Shown here piece after piece: positions 18,487-29,276 of a stretch of DNA of 53,375 nucleotides (positions are counted from its first letter, which is position 1; every line of letters starts with the position of its first letter). The notes under the pieces are model-generated. The model did not search any database. It was not told where the DNA came from and was given only the letters and a program-made list of their open reading frames with translations. This stretch comes from a bacterium (GTDB lineage: Bacteria > SZUA-182 > DTGQ01 > JAFGSM01), in contig JBLIRP010000005.1 of NCBI GenBank assembly GCA_049472355.1, positions 1 to 53,375 on the forward strand, in the 5' to 3' direction. Position numbers and translations under genes: made by a program.

Positions 18487-19805
18487 AAAGAAAAAAGAAT
18501 ATACTTTTTATGACGTCCGCAGCTCCAAAAATTTCGCCATTTTCAACCTCAGAAAAGAGGCCCCCCCTTGGTCTAGGTTTTCTGATGGCAATAGTGGAAG
18601 AGGCTGGTCATACTATATTTTTCAGTGACGAATATCTAAAACCCTCGAGAATCATCGAGAACGGTTTTCTACAGAAGAATAACATCGACTGCGTAGGAAT
18701 ATATACAAATACTATATGTTTTAATGGGGCCATGGAGGCTTTGAGAAAGCTCCAGGAATTGAGAAGAAGGGGAAAGTGGGACGGTAAGGTAATGGTCGGC
18801 GGTCCACATGCATCCATCAGACCGGAAGATTTTGTGGACTATTCAGATTACATTGTGATAGGAGAAGGAGAAAAGGTTGTTTTGGATATCATTGAGGAAA
18901 ATGTAGCAAATAAGATCCTGCAAGGGGAAAAAATCGAAGATCTGGATTCGTTACCAAGACCTGCCTGGGATAAATTTGTAAGATTACCCTACGACTGGGG
19001 GGATAAATGGGTTAATTCTTATCCAATTTTCACATTGAATACCAGTCGGGGGTGTCCATTCAATTGTAAATTCTGTTCAGTGAAAGGCATATGGGGAAAA
19101 GATTATAGGAGTATGTCTGCAAAGAGAATATACAATGATATTCTGCATTTAAAAGAAAATTACAGGGCTGAATGTATATACTTCAGAGAAGATAACTTTA
19201 CTTTAAATAGGGAGAGAATCGTAGCCTTATGTAATATGTTAATCAAAAACTATATAGATGTTGATTGGATATGTGAGACAAGGGCTGACAGCCTGGTTGA
19301 TTCTAAATTTGTGTCATTAATGGCCAAAGCCGGGTGCAGGGCTTTTTATATTGGTGTTGAAAGCGGCAGTCAAAGAATGCTGGACTTTATGAAAAAGGGT
19401 ATAACCACAGAACAAATAATAAAGGCATTTGAAAATGCCCATCGAGCGAATATAAAAACATATGCCAGTTTGATATATGGAGTTCCTACGGAAACAAAAA
19501 AAGATATTGAACTAACGAACAAATTAATAAAAAAAATTAAACCGGATTTTATAGGGAAAAATGTCTTTGTAGGCTTACCTGGATCGGAGTTATATGAGTA
19601 TGTTAAAAAGAATAGACTGTATGAATATCAAGATGAGAAGGGTTTATTATTCTTGAAAGGCCATAATGCTCGTGTTAATAAATACTATAAATTTAATCCA
19701 TATTTTAAAATCCCTTCCAGGGTAGTAAAATATGAATGTATATTTTATAATTTGTTTTCTAAGATATTAAAAGGGCTAAGATTTTGGATCAGGAAAGGAA
19801 CATAA
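18483..19805 (+). CDS. Cobalamin-binding radical SAM protein
   Basis: PPLGLGFL, VGGPHAS and IGEGE (B12-binding domain), TSRGCPFNCKFC, FREDNF and IGVESGSQRML. Confidence 0.9.
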   Translation: MKRKKNILFMTSAAPKISPFSTSEKRPPLGLGFLMAIVEEAGHTIFFSDEYLKPSRIIENGFLQKNNIDCVGIYTNTICFNGAMEALRKLQELRRRGKWDGKVMVGGPHASIRPEDFVDYSDYIVIGEGEKVVLDIIEENVANKILQGEKIEDLDSLPRPAWDKFVRLPYDWGDKWVNSYPIFTLNTSRGCPFNCKFCSVKGIWGKDYRSMSAKRIYNDILHLKENYRAECIYFREDNFTLNRERIVALCNMLIKNYIDVDWICETRADSLVDSKFVSLMAKAGCRAFYIGVESGSQRMLDFMKKGITTEQIIKAFENAHRANIKTYASLIYGVPTETKKDIELTNKLIKKIKPDFIGKNVFVGLPGSELYEYVKKNRLYEYQDEKGLLFLKGHNARVNKYYKFNPYFKIPSRVVKYECIFYNLFSKILKGLRFWIRKGT

Positions 19806-19843
19806 AAGGGGAATCAAGCTTATGCCTTGTCACCCTTGGCCTA

Positions 19844-20803
19844 TTATGAATAGAAGAGCTTTCTATAAATTCGGTAAACGAAAGGAAGTGTTACAGAAAT
19901 TTTATACGCCGTAAGGCGAAAAGGATTAATTTCTTCCAATTTATTATATTCCAATAAATGTAACCGTGCATCGTCATATCTCCCGGTTCTTAAATAGAGC
20001 TCTATTTTTTTTCTCAACAGTATTCTCTCCGGGTTCAAATTGTTCTTATTGAGGATCTCATTCGGGTCAAAACTATCATAGTCATCACTACCTTTATTCA
20101 TTCTTTGAATATAAAAAGTTTTTGCCTTTTTTGCGAACAGTTCCTGTTGTGAGTTTTTCTCAAAGGAGATGGCATGCAAATTAAAGCGTGACTTAACCAG
20201 TGCTTCGTTCAACACTGCGATGTTATGTCCCATTGTTAGAAGATTCAAATACAGATCATAGTCCTGGGAATATTTGAATTTGTCACGATAAAATATATTT
20301 TTGTTTCTGAACATTATTGAGAAATGAATAAGGCAATTACCTCGTCTTAATCTTTTTTTTATCTGTGATGTATCGGATAAATAATCTGTTTTTGCTAAAA
20401 CATTTTCATTGTCATCAATGATAATTGCCATAGTCCCACATAAAAAAATATTTCTATTTTTTTCCATAAAAAAATATTGTTTTTTCAATCGATCAGGAAG
20501 TGATATATCATCTGCATCTTGACGTGCGATATAGTTACCTCTCGCAAGTCTTATACCGATGTTAAGAGATTTAGTAAGACCAATATTAGAATCATTTTCG
20601 ACAGTTATAATTCTTTTGTCTTTTTGGACAAAAGTTTTGATTATTTCATCTGATCTGTCAGTTGATGCGTCGTTAATAATAATAAATTCAAAATCGGTAA
20701 CACTCTGGTCAAGAATAGATTGGATACTTTTAGCTAAATATTTTTCGCCATTATATACTGACATTATAATAGATATTTTTGGTCTTGTTTTGTTTTGTAT
20801 CAT
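19844..20803 (-). CDS. Glycosyltransferase family 2
   Basis: ISIIMSVYNGEKYL, INDASTD, GLTKSLN, IARQDADD and QDYDL motifs. Confidence 0.92.
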   Translation of the reverse strand: MIQNKTRPKISIIMSVYNGEKYLAKSIQSILDQSVTDFEFIIINDASTDRSDEIIKTFVQKDKRIITVENDSNIGLTKSLNIGIRLARGNYIARQDADDISLPDRLKKQYFFMEKNRNIFLCGTMAIIIDDNENVLAKTDYLSDTSQIKKRLRRGNCLIHFSIMFRNKNIFYRDKFKYSQDYDLYLNLLTMGHNIAVLNEALVKSRFNLHAISFEKNSQQELFAKKAKTFYIQRMNKGSDDYDSFDPNEILNKNNLNPERILLRKKIELYLRTGRYDDARLHLLEYNKLEEINPFRLTAYKISVTLPFVYRIYRKLFYS

Positions 20804-21185
20804 AAATCTACATTAAAAAGTAGTAGAATACATTGTATAAAATAATAATATGATTTTTCCATGGATAGTATATCCATACCTTAAAATGATTTATATTTAA
20901 TTTTTTGGTACATGATTTTATCATATATATAATCTTTTTCAATCATGATAATACTATAAAATGAAGATTGAGGCAAACAGTACGTCAAGGCGGTTTTAAA
21001 TAGAATTGGATACTATCAAATGAGCGCCTCGCACGGGCCTTGTTCAATATATTAATGATTATCTGATTTATAGAACATTATACTGATACTCTTTTGAAAA
21101 AGGGTTAGGTTGGACCCATATTTGACATTACAAGACTGAGAATGAGGTCGAGAGAGAGAGAAAAGGATATGATAGATGGGGCCGA

Positions 21186-22139
21186 TTAAAAAACTGGCCG
21201 GATCTTGAGAAAGATATCGTTTCTTACCCTTCTGCTTTTTTGAATTTGGCGCCGTGCTTTCAAGGTTGAAGGAAGATTAATGATAAAGAGTCTTATGGAA
21301 AAAAGCAATGTTGTGAAAGGACCGAGCGATTTGTATTGAAGCGCCCTTTTAGCGGTTTTAATAAGTATAAAGCCGACAAAGAAAGGGTATCGAATGACAA
21401 TATTAACCCATCGATAATTCTTCACCATCATACGGCTTATTCCGGAAAAATAAAAGCGGTACTGCCACAGATACACCTTCGGGTCCTCTCTGTTTCGTGA
21501 TCCGATGTGTAAAAAGTATGTCTTGTTGAAGATGCGCAATGTAAATCCCCGGAGCCAAGCCCGGGGGCCGAGATCGAAGTCATCCAGATTGAAGGGCTGA
21601 TTTTCGTCGTAGCCGCCAAGCAAATGCCAAAGATTTTTTTTGAAAAAAAGGGCACCGCCATTTGCCCCAAAGGGACGGATGTCACCCTTATATTGTAAAA
21701 TCCTTTTGATATCAATTGGTTTGTTTTCCCGAAGGCCGTAAAATGATGGATAAGAACCATAATATTTGGTGCGGGTTTCTCCCTCATTGAGCAGTGTAAT
21801 CGTTAATAATTCATTTTCTCTGTAATCAACAAGGAGCTTTTGCAGAATGTCCTTATCTTCTATCAAAATATCATTATCAAGGAGCAGAATATAATCTCCC
21901 GCCGCATTTTCAATAGCGCTGTTTTTGCCTCTTGAATAACCGAGGTTTGTGGTTTGATTAATAATATGTATCTGTTTGAAAGATTTTAAATACATTGTGC
22001 TCCCATCAGTAGAACCATTTTCTAGGACTACTATTTCGTAATCATTAAAATCCAGAGCAATAAGCGCTGGAATTATTCTCTGTAGATAAAGAAGTCCATT
22101 GAAATTCAGGATAACAATGCTCACTATGGGATGTTTCAT
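21186..22139 (-). CDS. Glycosyltransferase family 2 (WbbL/rhamnosyltransferase-like)
   Basis: VSIVILNFNG, ENGSTDGS, NLGYSRGKN, LLLDND and LGGYDE...DDFDL motifs. Confidence 0.88.
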   Translation of the reverse strand: MKHPIVSIVILNFNGLLYLQRIIPALIALDFNDYEIVVLENGSTDGSTMYLKSFKQIHIINQTTNLGYSRGKNSAIENAAGDYILLLDNDILIEDKDILQKLLVDYRENELLTITLLNEGETRTKYYGSYPSFYGLRENKPIDIKRILQYKGDIRPFGANGGALFFKKNLWHLLGGYDENQPFNLDDFDLGPRAWLRGFTLRIFNKTYFLHIGSRNREDPKVYLWQYRFYFSGISRMMVKNYRWVNIVIRYPFFVGFILIKTAKRALQYKSLGPFTTLLFSIRLFIINLPSTLKARRQIQKSRRVRNDIFLKIRPVF

Positions 22140-23122
22140 TATAAAGGAAGCTCTCTATATAACGAACTATTCTTTATCAATGTTGAAAAAAGAAGTTTAC
22201 GAATCATTCTATTTTTGGATGCCAACAGAATAACCTTCATTCTTGGATCCAAGGTAATTGATATGTATTCCCTTTTGTAATTCGTTTTAAAATAATGCGT
22301 TATATTGTTACTTTGGTTTGGAAATTTGCAGATAATCTTGGCGAAATGTCTTTTGAACATACGTATTTTCCATTTTTTCAATACGTTTAATGGGTAAAAG
22401 CCTTTTGTGATTGCGAACTCATATGGTGATTCAATATATCTGAGATTAAGAAGGTGTTTTTCTAACTCTTGCGTCTTGCTTTCATTTGAATCGTGTTTAC
22501 GCCATACTCCAACACATTCCTTCACAAAACCTACCTTATTTTTCATCATCAGTCTTAGTACGGAGTCCCAATCAGAACTGAGTATATCTTCTTTATAATA
22601 GTTGATTTCCATGGCTTGCTGTCGATTGTAGAGAGTGGTAAGGTGAGGTATAGAGTAACCTTTAGGATAGTCCAGAAAAAGTCTATCTCCGTCCATTAGT
22701 GACGGAAGATTATCATTCATTTTGTCCTCAATGAAATTGCCTTCCTTCTCAAAGAAGACCTTCTGTTTGGCAAAGGACATGGCAAGGTCATTTTTTTGGA
22801 TAAGATAGACAGCTTTTTTGATATAAGTGCTGTCAATTAAATAATCATCTCCGTCCAACATCAAGGCCAAATCACCGGTTGCATATTCGTACAGGGATTT
22901 CCGATAATTGGCCACCCTGCCGATGCGAGTTGGATTTCTAAAATATTTGACTTCGCTTTTATGCGAGAATGAACGGAGAATTAAATCTGTTTCATCATCG
23001 GAAGAGTCGTCGCTTACAATGATTTCTATATTCGGATAATCTTGGGTAATGGCCGATTTGATAGCTTGAGCCAAATATCGTGCTTGATTGAATGCTGGAA
23101 TGATAATGGAAACCTTCATCAT
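22139..23122 (-). CDS. Glycosyltransferase family 2
   Basis: VSIIIPAFNQARYL, QDYPNIEIIVSDDSSDD and LDGDDY motifs. Confidence 0.9.
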   Translation of the reverse strand: MMKVSIIIPAFNQARYLAQAIKSAITQDYPNIEIIVSDDSSDDETDLILRSFSHKSEVKYFRNPTRIGRVANYRKSLYEYATGDLALMLDGDDYLIDSTYIKKAVYLIQKNDLAMSFAKQKVFFEKEGNFIEDKMNDNLPSLMDGDRLFLDYPKGYSIPHLTTLYNRQQAMEINYYKEDILSSDWDSVLRLMMKNKVGFVKECVGVWRKHDSNESKTQELEKHLLNLRYIESPYEFAITKGFYPLNVLKKWKIRMFKRHFAKIICKFPNQSNNITHYFKTNYKREYISITLDPRMKVILLASKNRMIRKLLFSTLIKNSSLYRELPL

Positions 23123-23264
23123 GTCTCAAAAACTTCATTCATTACAAGTTGATTTTATGAAAATTATTCTCGTAAAGGTACAAAAATTGGAAAGAAATAT
23201 TCTGACGATTAAAGTCAAAAAAATGAGTATTGTCACTTAGCTTCGTATAAAAATCCTCTCCTTC

Positions 23265-24137
23265 TCAGCCACTTCGCTTATCAATCATGTCTGCTAATAG
23301 GGCAAACAATGCCGTATTAAGGGTAAACATCAGGAGAATAAGTGTCTTATCAGTCAAATTGTTTAATAAAATAATATCATAAGAAAGGCTCCCCAAAAAA
23401 GATATTGATAGCAAAAGCACGAGAGGCAGAAAAACCCTTAATGGCGCAAAGTATATTCCAGTCCTTAAGATCAGCTCCATAAACCTAAGAGTGTCTCTTA
23501 CGGGTCTTATTTTGGATTTTCCTATACGTGGATAGTAATCGATCGGTACAAATTCGACCTCATAGTTGTTTCTGATCATTGCAAGGGTTATAGTAGTCGT
23601 AAAACTGAAGCCGTCCGGAAGGATATTCAAAAATCTTTCGGATATCGATCGTTTAAATACGCGCAGACCGGAATTCATATCAGGGACCTCTTGTCCGGCG
23701 AGCCACGAGACATATCTTTCGAGAAATAGTTTACTGATCTTTCTTGTTAGAGGATATGTCACGTTTTCACTCGTTCGGGCTCCCACAACCATGTCGGTGT
23801 TCTGGGCGATCTCAACCAATTCTTTGATCCGTACATTCGGATAGGTGCCGTCTGCATCCGTGATTACAATAATATCGGATGATGCATGACGAATGCCGGA
23901 TTTAAGAGCGGCTCCGTACCCGCGATTTGTTTTATGAGTTATGATATGAAGTTCGGGATCCTTTTCGGTCTCTTCCCTTAGGATTTCGGACGATCCATCC
24001 ATTGATCCGTCGTCCACCACTATTAACTCATAAGGCTGGGCACTCTGCAGGGTGCTTCGCAAGGAATGAATGGTCTTGAGAATCGCCTTTTCTTCGTTGT
24101 AGCACGGGATGATAAGAGTAAACCGAGGAGAAGGCAT
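23265..24137 (-). CDS. GT2 polyprenol-phosphate glycosyltransferase (DPM1/GtrB-like) with two C-terminal TM helices
   Basis: IIPCYNEE, VDDGSMDG, NRGYGAALKSG, TDADGTYP, DMNSGLR and RIGKSK motifs, plus a hydrophobic C-terminus. Confidence 0.85.
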   Translation of the reverse strand: MPSPRFTLIIPCYNEEKAILKTIHSLRSTLQSAQPYELIVVDDGSMDGSSEILREETEKDPELHIITHKTNRGYGAALKSGIRHASSDIIVITDADGTYPNVRIKELVEIAQNTDMVVGARTSENVTYPLTRKISKLFLERYVSWLAGQEVPDMNSGLRVFKRSISERFLNILPDGFSFTTTITLAMIRNNYEVEFVPIDYYPRIGKSKIRPVRDTLRFMELILRTGIYFAPLRVFLPLVLLLSISFLGSLSYDIILLNNLTDKTLILLMFTLNTALFALLADMIDKRSG

Positions 24138-24360
24138 TAACCCTCCTTATCTAAGATTTTGTTGAATGAATTAGTTCTCAGAAAGAAAAAATATATTAGA
24201 TAATCATGGATTTTGTCAATACGTTAAGCAGATCACAGTAAATTCGCAAATGGAGCCATGATCTATATAATGCAGTGAAATATTTATTATTTGTAATTTG
24301 ATATATAGAATGCTATCATTTCCAGCGCTGGAATTTCCTTATCGGAGAGGGTAGCTCACT

Positions 24361-26067
24361 ATGCTAAAAGAAAATAGGAAGACATTCATTACAGTCCTTC
24401 TCATGATTGGCATCGCCCTTATGGTTCGCCTGTGGGGAATAAATTATGGATTACCGGAGATAAAGTATATTGATGCTGAAAAGACCTTGCTGCCTGCCAA
24501 AAAGATTGCTCTCAATATCTTGACCGGCAACTGGAATATCGATCCGCAGAAGTATCAATATCCTACGGTTTATATTAATCTCATGGCCATTGAATTTATT
24601 GCCTATGGAGCGATTTATGGAGTCATAAACACCCATCTGGGAAGACATCGTTCATTTAAAGAGGCCATTCAAGCCCTTTATACGGCGCCGGAGCGGGGCT
24701 ATTTATACCGGGCCGTGCCGAGCGCCTTTCATCTCCTGGCGCGGATCACAAGTGCGATCGCCGGTGCGCTGACCGTCCTATTTGTTTTTTTAATAGGGAA
24801 AACAGCTTTTGAAGACAAAAGGATAGGTCTTGTCTCAGCCCTTTTTCTCGCATTTATGTTTGGCCACGTCAAGGATTCGCGATTTCCCATGACCGATGCC
24901 ACAATGTGCCTTCTTGGTATTATAGGGCTCTATTACTTGAGCAGGATAAGTGTTGATGATCAATTGAAGGATCATGTACTTTGTGGAGTATTTATCGGCC
25001 TTGGTATTTCCACCAAATATTTTCCGGGATTTTTCATAATAACCTATTTAATCATAATTGCCCCCAAATTGTTGGAGGGTTTAAAAAACAAAAAAGCGAA
25101 TCTTATGTATTACAAAAAACCACTGGCGGGATTCTTGATGATATTCGTCTTTTTCCTGGTGGGAACTCCGATATTTTTGGTCAGGTACAACAAATATCTC
25201 GGCATTGGTACCGGTGGGGTTGTCTCCGAATTGCAGTCGCAAGCAGGAGGAAAGATAGGCTACACTCAGAATTGGTATTTTGACCTTTTATTCAGTAGAT
25301 TTCCTATTAATAACGAACCTCTTGCAGCCCAGTCTCATTTATCTGTAATGGGAGGCCCGCTTCTTTTTTTCCTTATCTGCGGAATCATTTATGCCTTATA
25401 TTTAGTGCTGACAAATAAATCAAAGAATCGGTGGTTTGATATCGGAATCTGCATCACGGTTATTCTTTTCTATATGTTTTTAGCTGGTGAGGGAAAAAAG
25501 AAGCTTATTCGTTATTTCTATTTTCTCTATCCAGTGTATACGGTTATTGCTGCCAGATTTATTACCGAAATGGTGGATTTTTTCTTTAAAGAAAAGAGAT
25601 GGAATAAGTCCGTATTAGTCGTAGCGTCAATCGTTTTCGTCTTTCCGACAGGTATGCGTACGGTCAGACTTAATTACTTGCAGTCTCATATTGATTCACG
25701 TTTGATTGCAGGGAAATGGTTTGAGAGGAATATTCCACAGGGAAGTAAGGTCTTCGCACCGATACTCTATCCACCCATTATATCTACTGTCAAATATGAT
25801 GTGAGCTACTACAGGGGAGAGTCAATGAGGGATCTCAACCCTACGGTTGCTTTACTTAAAAGGGCAGGATTTGAATATATCATTACTTCTTCCTATGATA
25901 CGAGTGTATTTTATAGCCCGGACGCTATGAAACATAACCCGGAATTGACATTCAGGTGGAGAGGTTTTTATGACTCTTTAGATGATGACGCCGAACTGAT
26001 AATGCGTTTTGAGAGCAATCTCATAGATAAACCGGGTCCTGAAATCAAGATTTATAGGGTACCGTAG
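24361..26067 (+). CDS. GT-C fold membrane glycosyltransferase (ArnT/PMT_2 family)
   Basis: RLWGINYGLP, LARITSAIAG, SRFPMTD and GLGISTKY motifs, many TM segments and a C-terminal extracytoplasmic domain. Confidence 0.8.
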   Translation: MLKENRKTFITVLLMIGIALMVRLWGINYGLPEIKYIDAEKTLLPAKKIALNILTGNWNIDPQKYQYPTVYINLMAIEFIAYGAIYGVINTHLGRHRSFKEAIQALYTAPERGYLYRAVPSAFHLLARITSAIAGALTVLFVFLIGKTAFEDKRIGLVSALFLAFMFGHVKDSRFPMTDATMCLLGIIGLYYLSRISVDDQLKDHVLCGVFIGLGISTKYFPGFFIITYLIIIAPKLLEGLKNKKANLMYYKKPLAGFLMIFVFFLVGTPIFLVRYNKYLGIGTGGVVSELQSQAGGKIGYTQNWYFDLLFSRFPINNEPLAAQSHLSVMGGPLLFFLICGIIYALYLVLTNKSKNRWFDIGICITVILFYMFLAGEGKKKLIRYFYFLYPVYTVIAARFITEMVDFFFKEKRWNKSVLVVASIVFVFPTGMRTVRLNYLQSHIDSRLIAGKWFERNIPQGSKVFAPILYPPIISTVKYDVSYYRGESMRDLNPTVALLKRAGFEYIITSSYDTSVFYSPDAMKHNPELTFRWRGFYDSLDDDAELIMRFESNLIDKPGPEIKIYRVP

Positions 26068-26132
26068 GTCGTATCAAGATTTTTTTGGAGCCTATACCAG
26101 AATGTATCAGATGCAGGAGTATCGAACTTCGG

Positions 26133-27332
26133 TTAACAAAGAATGTCTTCGTTGTGATGAGGTTCACCTGTCCCAAGAATCCTCGACACATGATTCTCAA
26201 ACGAGATTGCAGTTGTTGTCCAGCTAAAGCCCTCCGCCAATTTCCTCGCTTCGGTCTGCATCTGCTGTCTGATATCGCGGTTTTGTCCAAGAGTGAATAG
26301 CGCATCTCCGATGTTTTGAGGGGTGATCCGGTCGAGCCGAATGCCTGCCCTTTTCCCTCCCAAGACATCCTGAGAGGCGGTGTCGGAGGTAACGACGCAG
26401 AGACCGGATGCCAACGCCTCCAATAGGACATTGGAAATCCCTTCAGCTCGGGATAAGAGAATCAGGACATCATGGCGCTGGTATAATTCCGGCATCCTAT
26501 CTCGTTCCACGGGCCTCATGATGTGTATCCGGATTCTGTCCTGGATCCGGCTTGCACGGGCCTCGATTTCGGGACGGAGTGGCCCGTCTCCAACTATGGT
26601 CATTTCCGCAGACACCTCACGTCCTGCAAGCCATTCAATGCCTTCGAGCATCTCAATACATCTTTTTCGCCCAATCAGTTGACCAACAAAAAGGATCCTC
26701 ATGTGATTATCCGTATGACGCCGCATCGGAGGTTGATATATGTCGGTATCGACTCCGTTGGGCAGATTGAACACCTTTCCTGTCCGTATGAATGTATCCG
26801 CCAGATAGAGGAGCCTGTTTCCATTTGCGAGCAGCAGATCCGCCTGCTTCCATACGGGCCGCAACAACGTGGTCCGGATGAAACGGAAGATGCCCCATCG
26901 GGCGTCGGAAAAGCCTGGTACATCGGATCCTCTCAGAGAAACGATTAATGGTATGGTGAATCGCCGTTTCAGGGCAATTGCAGCATGTCCGGATGGAAAG
27001 GCAAAGAATGCGGTCAGGGCATCCGGTCTGAAGCTGCGTACAAACGGAACAGAACTGTAGCGGAGGACCAGGTAGGAACGGAGCAATTCCCATGCAGATG
27101 GCGCCATGATCCTTCGGCGGCCGCAGGCGAAACGTATAATGACCCTGTCGAATCGATCCTTTTCATGGGTAGTCTTTTCATCCATGCCAATGGCCAGGAT
27201 CTGGATTGAATGGCCCCTCTGGGCCAATTTCTTGGTGAGGGCATCGAGTGCGGAAGACGCTCCCCCTCCGATCGGTGGAAATTCATGACTCAAAAAACTC
27301 AGATGCACTACATATCCTCCCGGATCTCCCAT
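26133..27332 (-). CDS. Glycosyltransferase family 4
   Basis: HEFPPIGGG, LRGSDVPG, PNGVD, LFVGQL..RK, VGDGP and EGISNVLLEALASG motifs. Confidence 0.9.
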   Translation of the reverse strand: MGDPGGYVVHLSFLSHEFPPIGGGASSALDALTKKLAQRGHSIQILAIGMDEKTTHEKDRFDRVIIRFACGRRRIMAPSAWELLRSYLVLRYSSVPFVRSFRPDALTAFFAFPSGHAAIALKRRFTIPLIVSLRGSDVPGFSDARWGIFRFIRTTLLRPVWKQADLLLANGNRLLYLADTFIRTGKVFNLPNGVDTDIYQPPMRRHTDNHMRILFVGQLIGRKRCIEMLEGIEWLAGREVSAEMTIVGDGPLRPEIEARASRIQDRIRIHIMRPVERDRMPELYQRHDVLILLSRAEGISNVLLEALASGLCVVTSDTASQDVLGGKRAGIRLDRITPQNIGDALFTLGQNRDIRQQMQTEARKLAEGFSWTTTAISFENHVSRILGTGEPHHNEDILC

Positions 27333-27386
27333 GAGACGACGGGCGGTGGTTTCAGGGATTGACCATCTTTCATTTTTTTTAGAACC

Positions 27387-29252
27387 TTATATGGAAATGT
27401 TGAACAATGTCATCCATCGAGCCAGGGTATAGATGCCCAATAGCTGTTTGGATGCATCCCGTCGCAGCGCCCGGTGTTCGGTAAGCAATTGCTCAATAAA
27501 TTTTACATTAAAAAGATTTGATAATGTACCTTGGGTTACAACATCCCGGAGGGAATCACCCAGGGTGCCACGAAACCATTGACCAACTGGGCTTTCAAAA
27601 CCATGCTTGGGACCCCTTGCGATCTCTTTGGGCAGGCATTCCCTGGCAAGGCGTCTGAGAATGACCTTCTTTTCCCATCCCTTAATCTTGAATGCCGACG
27701 GGAGTGAAAAGGCAAATTCAGCGAGATCTATATCGAGAAACGGCACCCGGACTTCCAGAGATGAAGCCATACTGGTGCGATCAACCAGAACGAGATAATC
27801 ATCTGCCATCATGGTGGAGATATCAGTCCATATTGCCCGTTGGAGGGAGTCAAAACCCGGTGCAGCATTAAAGACATTAATCAGCACATCATCTTTTGGA
27901 TATTCGAGACCAGGTATGAGGATGCCGATTTCCTTTGGTGAAAAGAGACCTACGGCAGTGGCATGAGAAGTGGCAGGTGATTCATTGGCGGTTTCCAGGA
28001 ATCTTCGAGCGCGTGAAACGAGAGATAATTTTTTGCCTCCCGCCGGGAGGGATTGCGCAATAGGCAAAAAGATTCGCGAATGATTGCGGATCGCAGCAAG
28101 GATCGCCGGAGGCCGGATTGCGAAGTAACGGTCATAGCCACCGAAAAGCTCGTCAGCACCGCTGCCATTCAGCGCAACCTTGACGTAACGGGCTGTTACC
28201 CGGCTGAGCAAAAAATTGGCAGGTATACTCAGGTTAGCGAATGGTTCGCCGAAGAGTTCAACCTGGGAATCGATCACCGATGCGTCCATCGGGGGGGATT
28301 TTTCGATATGGTGATATACACCCAAGTGTTTTGCTGTCCTTGCTGCACGGATCGATTCGTTGAATGATGCATCGTTGAACCCAACGGTATAGGCGTCCAC
28401 GGATTTTCCATTGGATGCCCGCTGTGATGCCCAGAGAAGAAGCCCGCTATCGATACCACCGCTTAGGAAAACCCCGACGGGGACATCGCTGATCATCTGT
28501 CTTCGTACCGATGCAACTATCAATCCGCGCAGTCGTTCTTCCGCTTCAGGTGCATTGATTTCCATCGGCTTGATCCGGAGGCGCCAAAAGGTTTTGGAGG
28601 AGGTAATTTCACCGTGGGTATCGATACTCATCCATGTGCCTGGTTCCAGTTTGCTCACTTCCTTTATGAAGGTGTGTGGAGCTGGGACATATTTGTACGC
28701 AAGAAAGGTGTGGAGGCATTGCAGATCAAGGGTCCTGGAAACACCGGGGAGGCCGAGAATCGGGAGGGGCTCGGAGCAGAAGGCGAAGAGTTTTTCATTA
28801 CTGCAGTAGTAAAGGGGCTTGATGCCGAAATGATCGCGCGCGATAAATATCCTATTCTCCATGCGATCATATATGGCAAAGGCAAACATACCATTGAGAT
28901 GTTCAACGACCATCTCTTTCCATTCTCTATAACCATGCAGAATGACTTCGGTGTCGGATCTGGTTCGGAACATATGACCGCGGGCGGACAACTCCCTGCG
29001 AAGTTCAGGAAAGTTATAGATTTCACCATTATACACGAGGATCGTTTGACCATCGGAACTTAGCATAGGCTGATGACCACTCTCAAGGTCGATGATACTC
29101 AGCCTGCGCATCCCGATAGCAACGCCGGGTGCTATGTAGTAACCCGAATCATCGGGCCCCCGGTGCCTGATTGCATCGAGCATCCCATCGAGCAGATCCT
29201 TCATTGTTGATGATGGGAGATGCGATGAAATGATGCCTGCAATTCCACACAT
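27387..29252 (-). CDS. asnB: Asparagine synthase (glutamine-hydrolysing) family amidotransferase, probably glycan-amidating
   Basis: MCGIAG, HRGPD, RRLSIIDL, NGEIYN, RDHFGIKPLY, LSGGIDS, GADELFGGY and EVRVPFLD motifs. Confidence 0.93.
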   Translation of the reverse strand: MCGIAGIISSHLPSSTMKDLLDGMLDAIRHRGPDDSGYYIAPGVAIGMRRLSIIDLESGHQPMLSSDGQTILVYNGEIYNFPELRRELSARGHMFRTRSDTEVILHGYREWKEMVVEHLNGMFAFAIYDRMENRIFIARDHFGIKPLYYCSNEKLFAFCSEPLPILGLPGVSRTLDLQCLHTFLAYKYVPAPHTFIKEVSKLEPGTWMSIDTHGEITSSKTFWRLRIKPMEINAPEAEERLRGLIVASVRRQMISDVPVGVFLSGGIDSGLLLWASQRASNGKSVDAYTVGFNDASFNESIRAARTAKHLGVYHHIEKSPPMDASVIDSQVELFGEPFANLSIPANFLLSRVTARYVKVALNGSGADELFGGYDRYFAIRPPAILAAIRNHSRIFLPIAQSLPAGGKKLSLVSRARRFLETANESPATSHATAVGLFSPKEIGILIPGLEYPKDDVLINVFNAAPGFDSLQRAIWTDISTMMADDYLVLVDRTSMASSLEVRVPFLDIDLAEFAFSLPSAFKIKGWEKKVILRRLARECLPKEIARGPKHGFESPVGQWFRGTLGDSLRDVVTQGTLSNLFNVKFIEQLLTEHRALRRDASKQLLGIYTLARWMTLFNISI

Positions 29253-29276
29253 GATTCAGATATTCACACCCGAGGA

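Noticed and set aside
21150..21161. (GA)6 microsatellite and A/T homopolymers in the glycan island as phase-variation tracts
   Set aside because: They are short and expected in AT-rich DNA, and all ORFs are intact.
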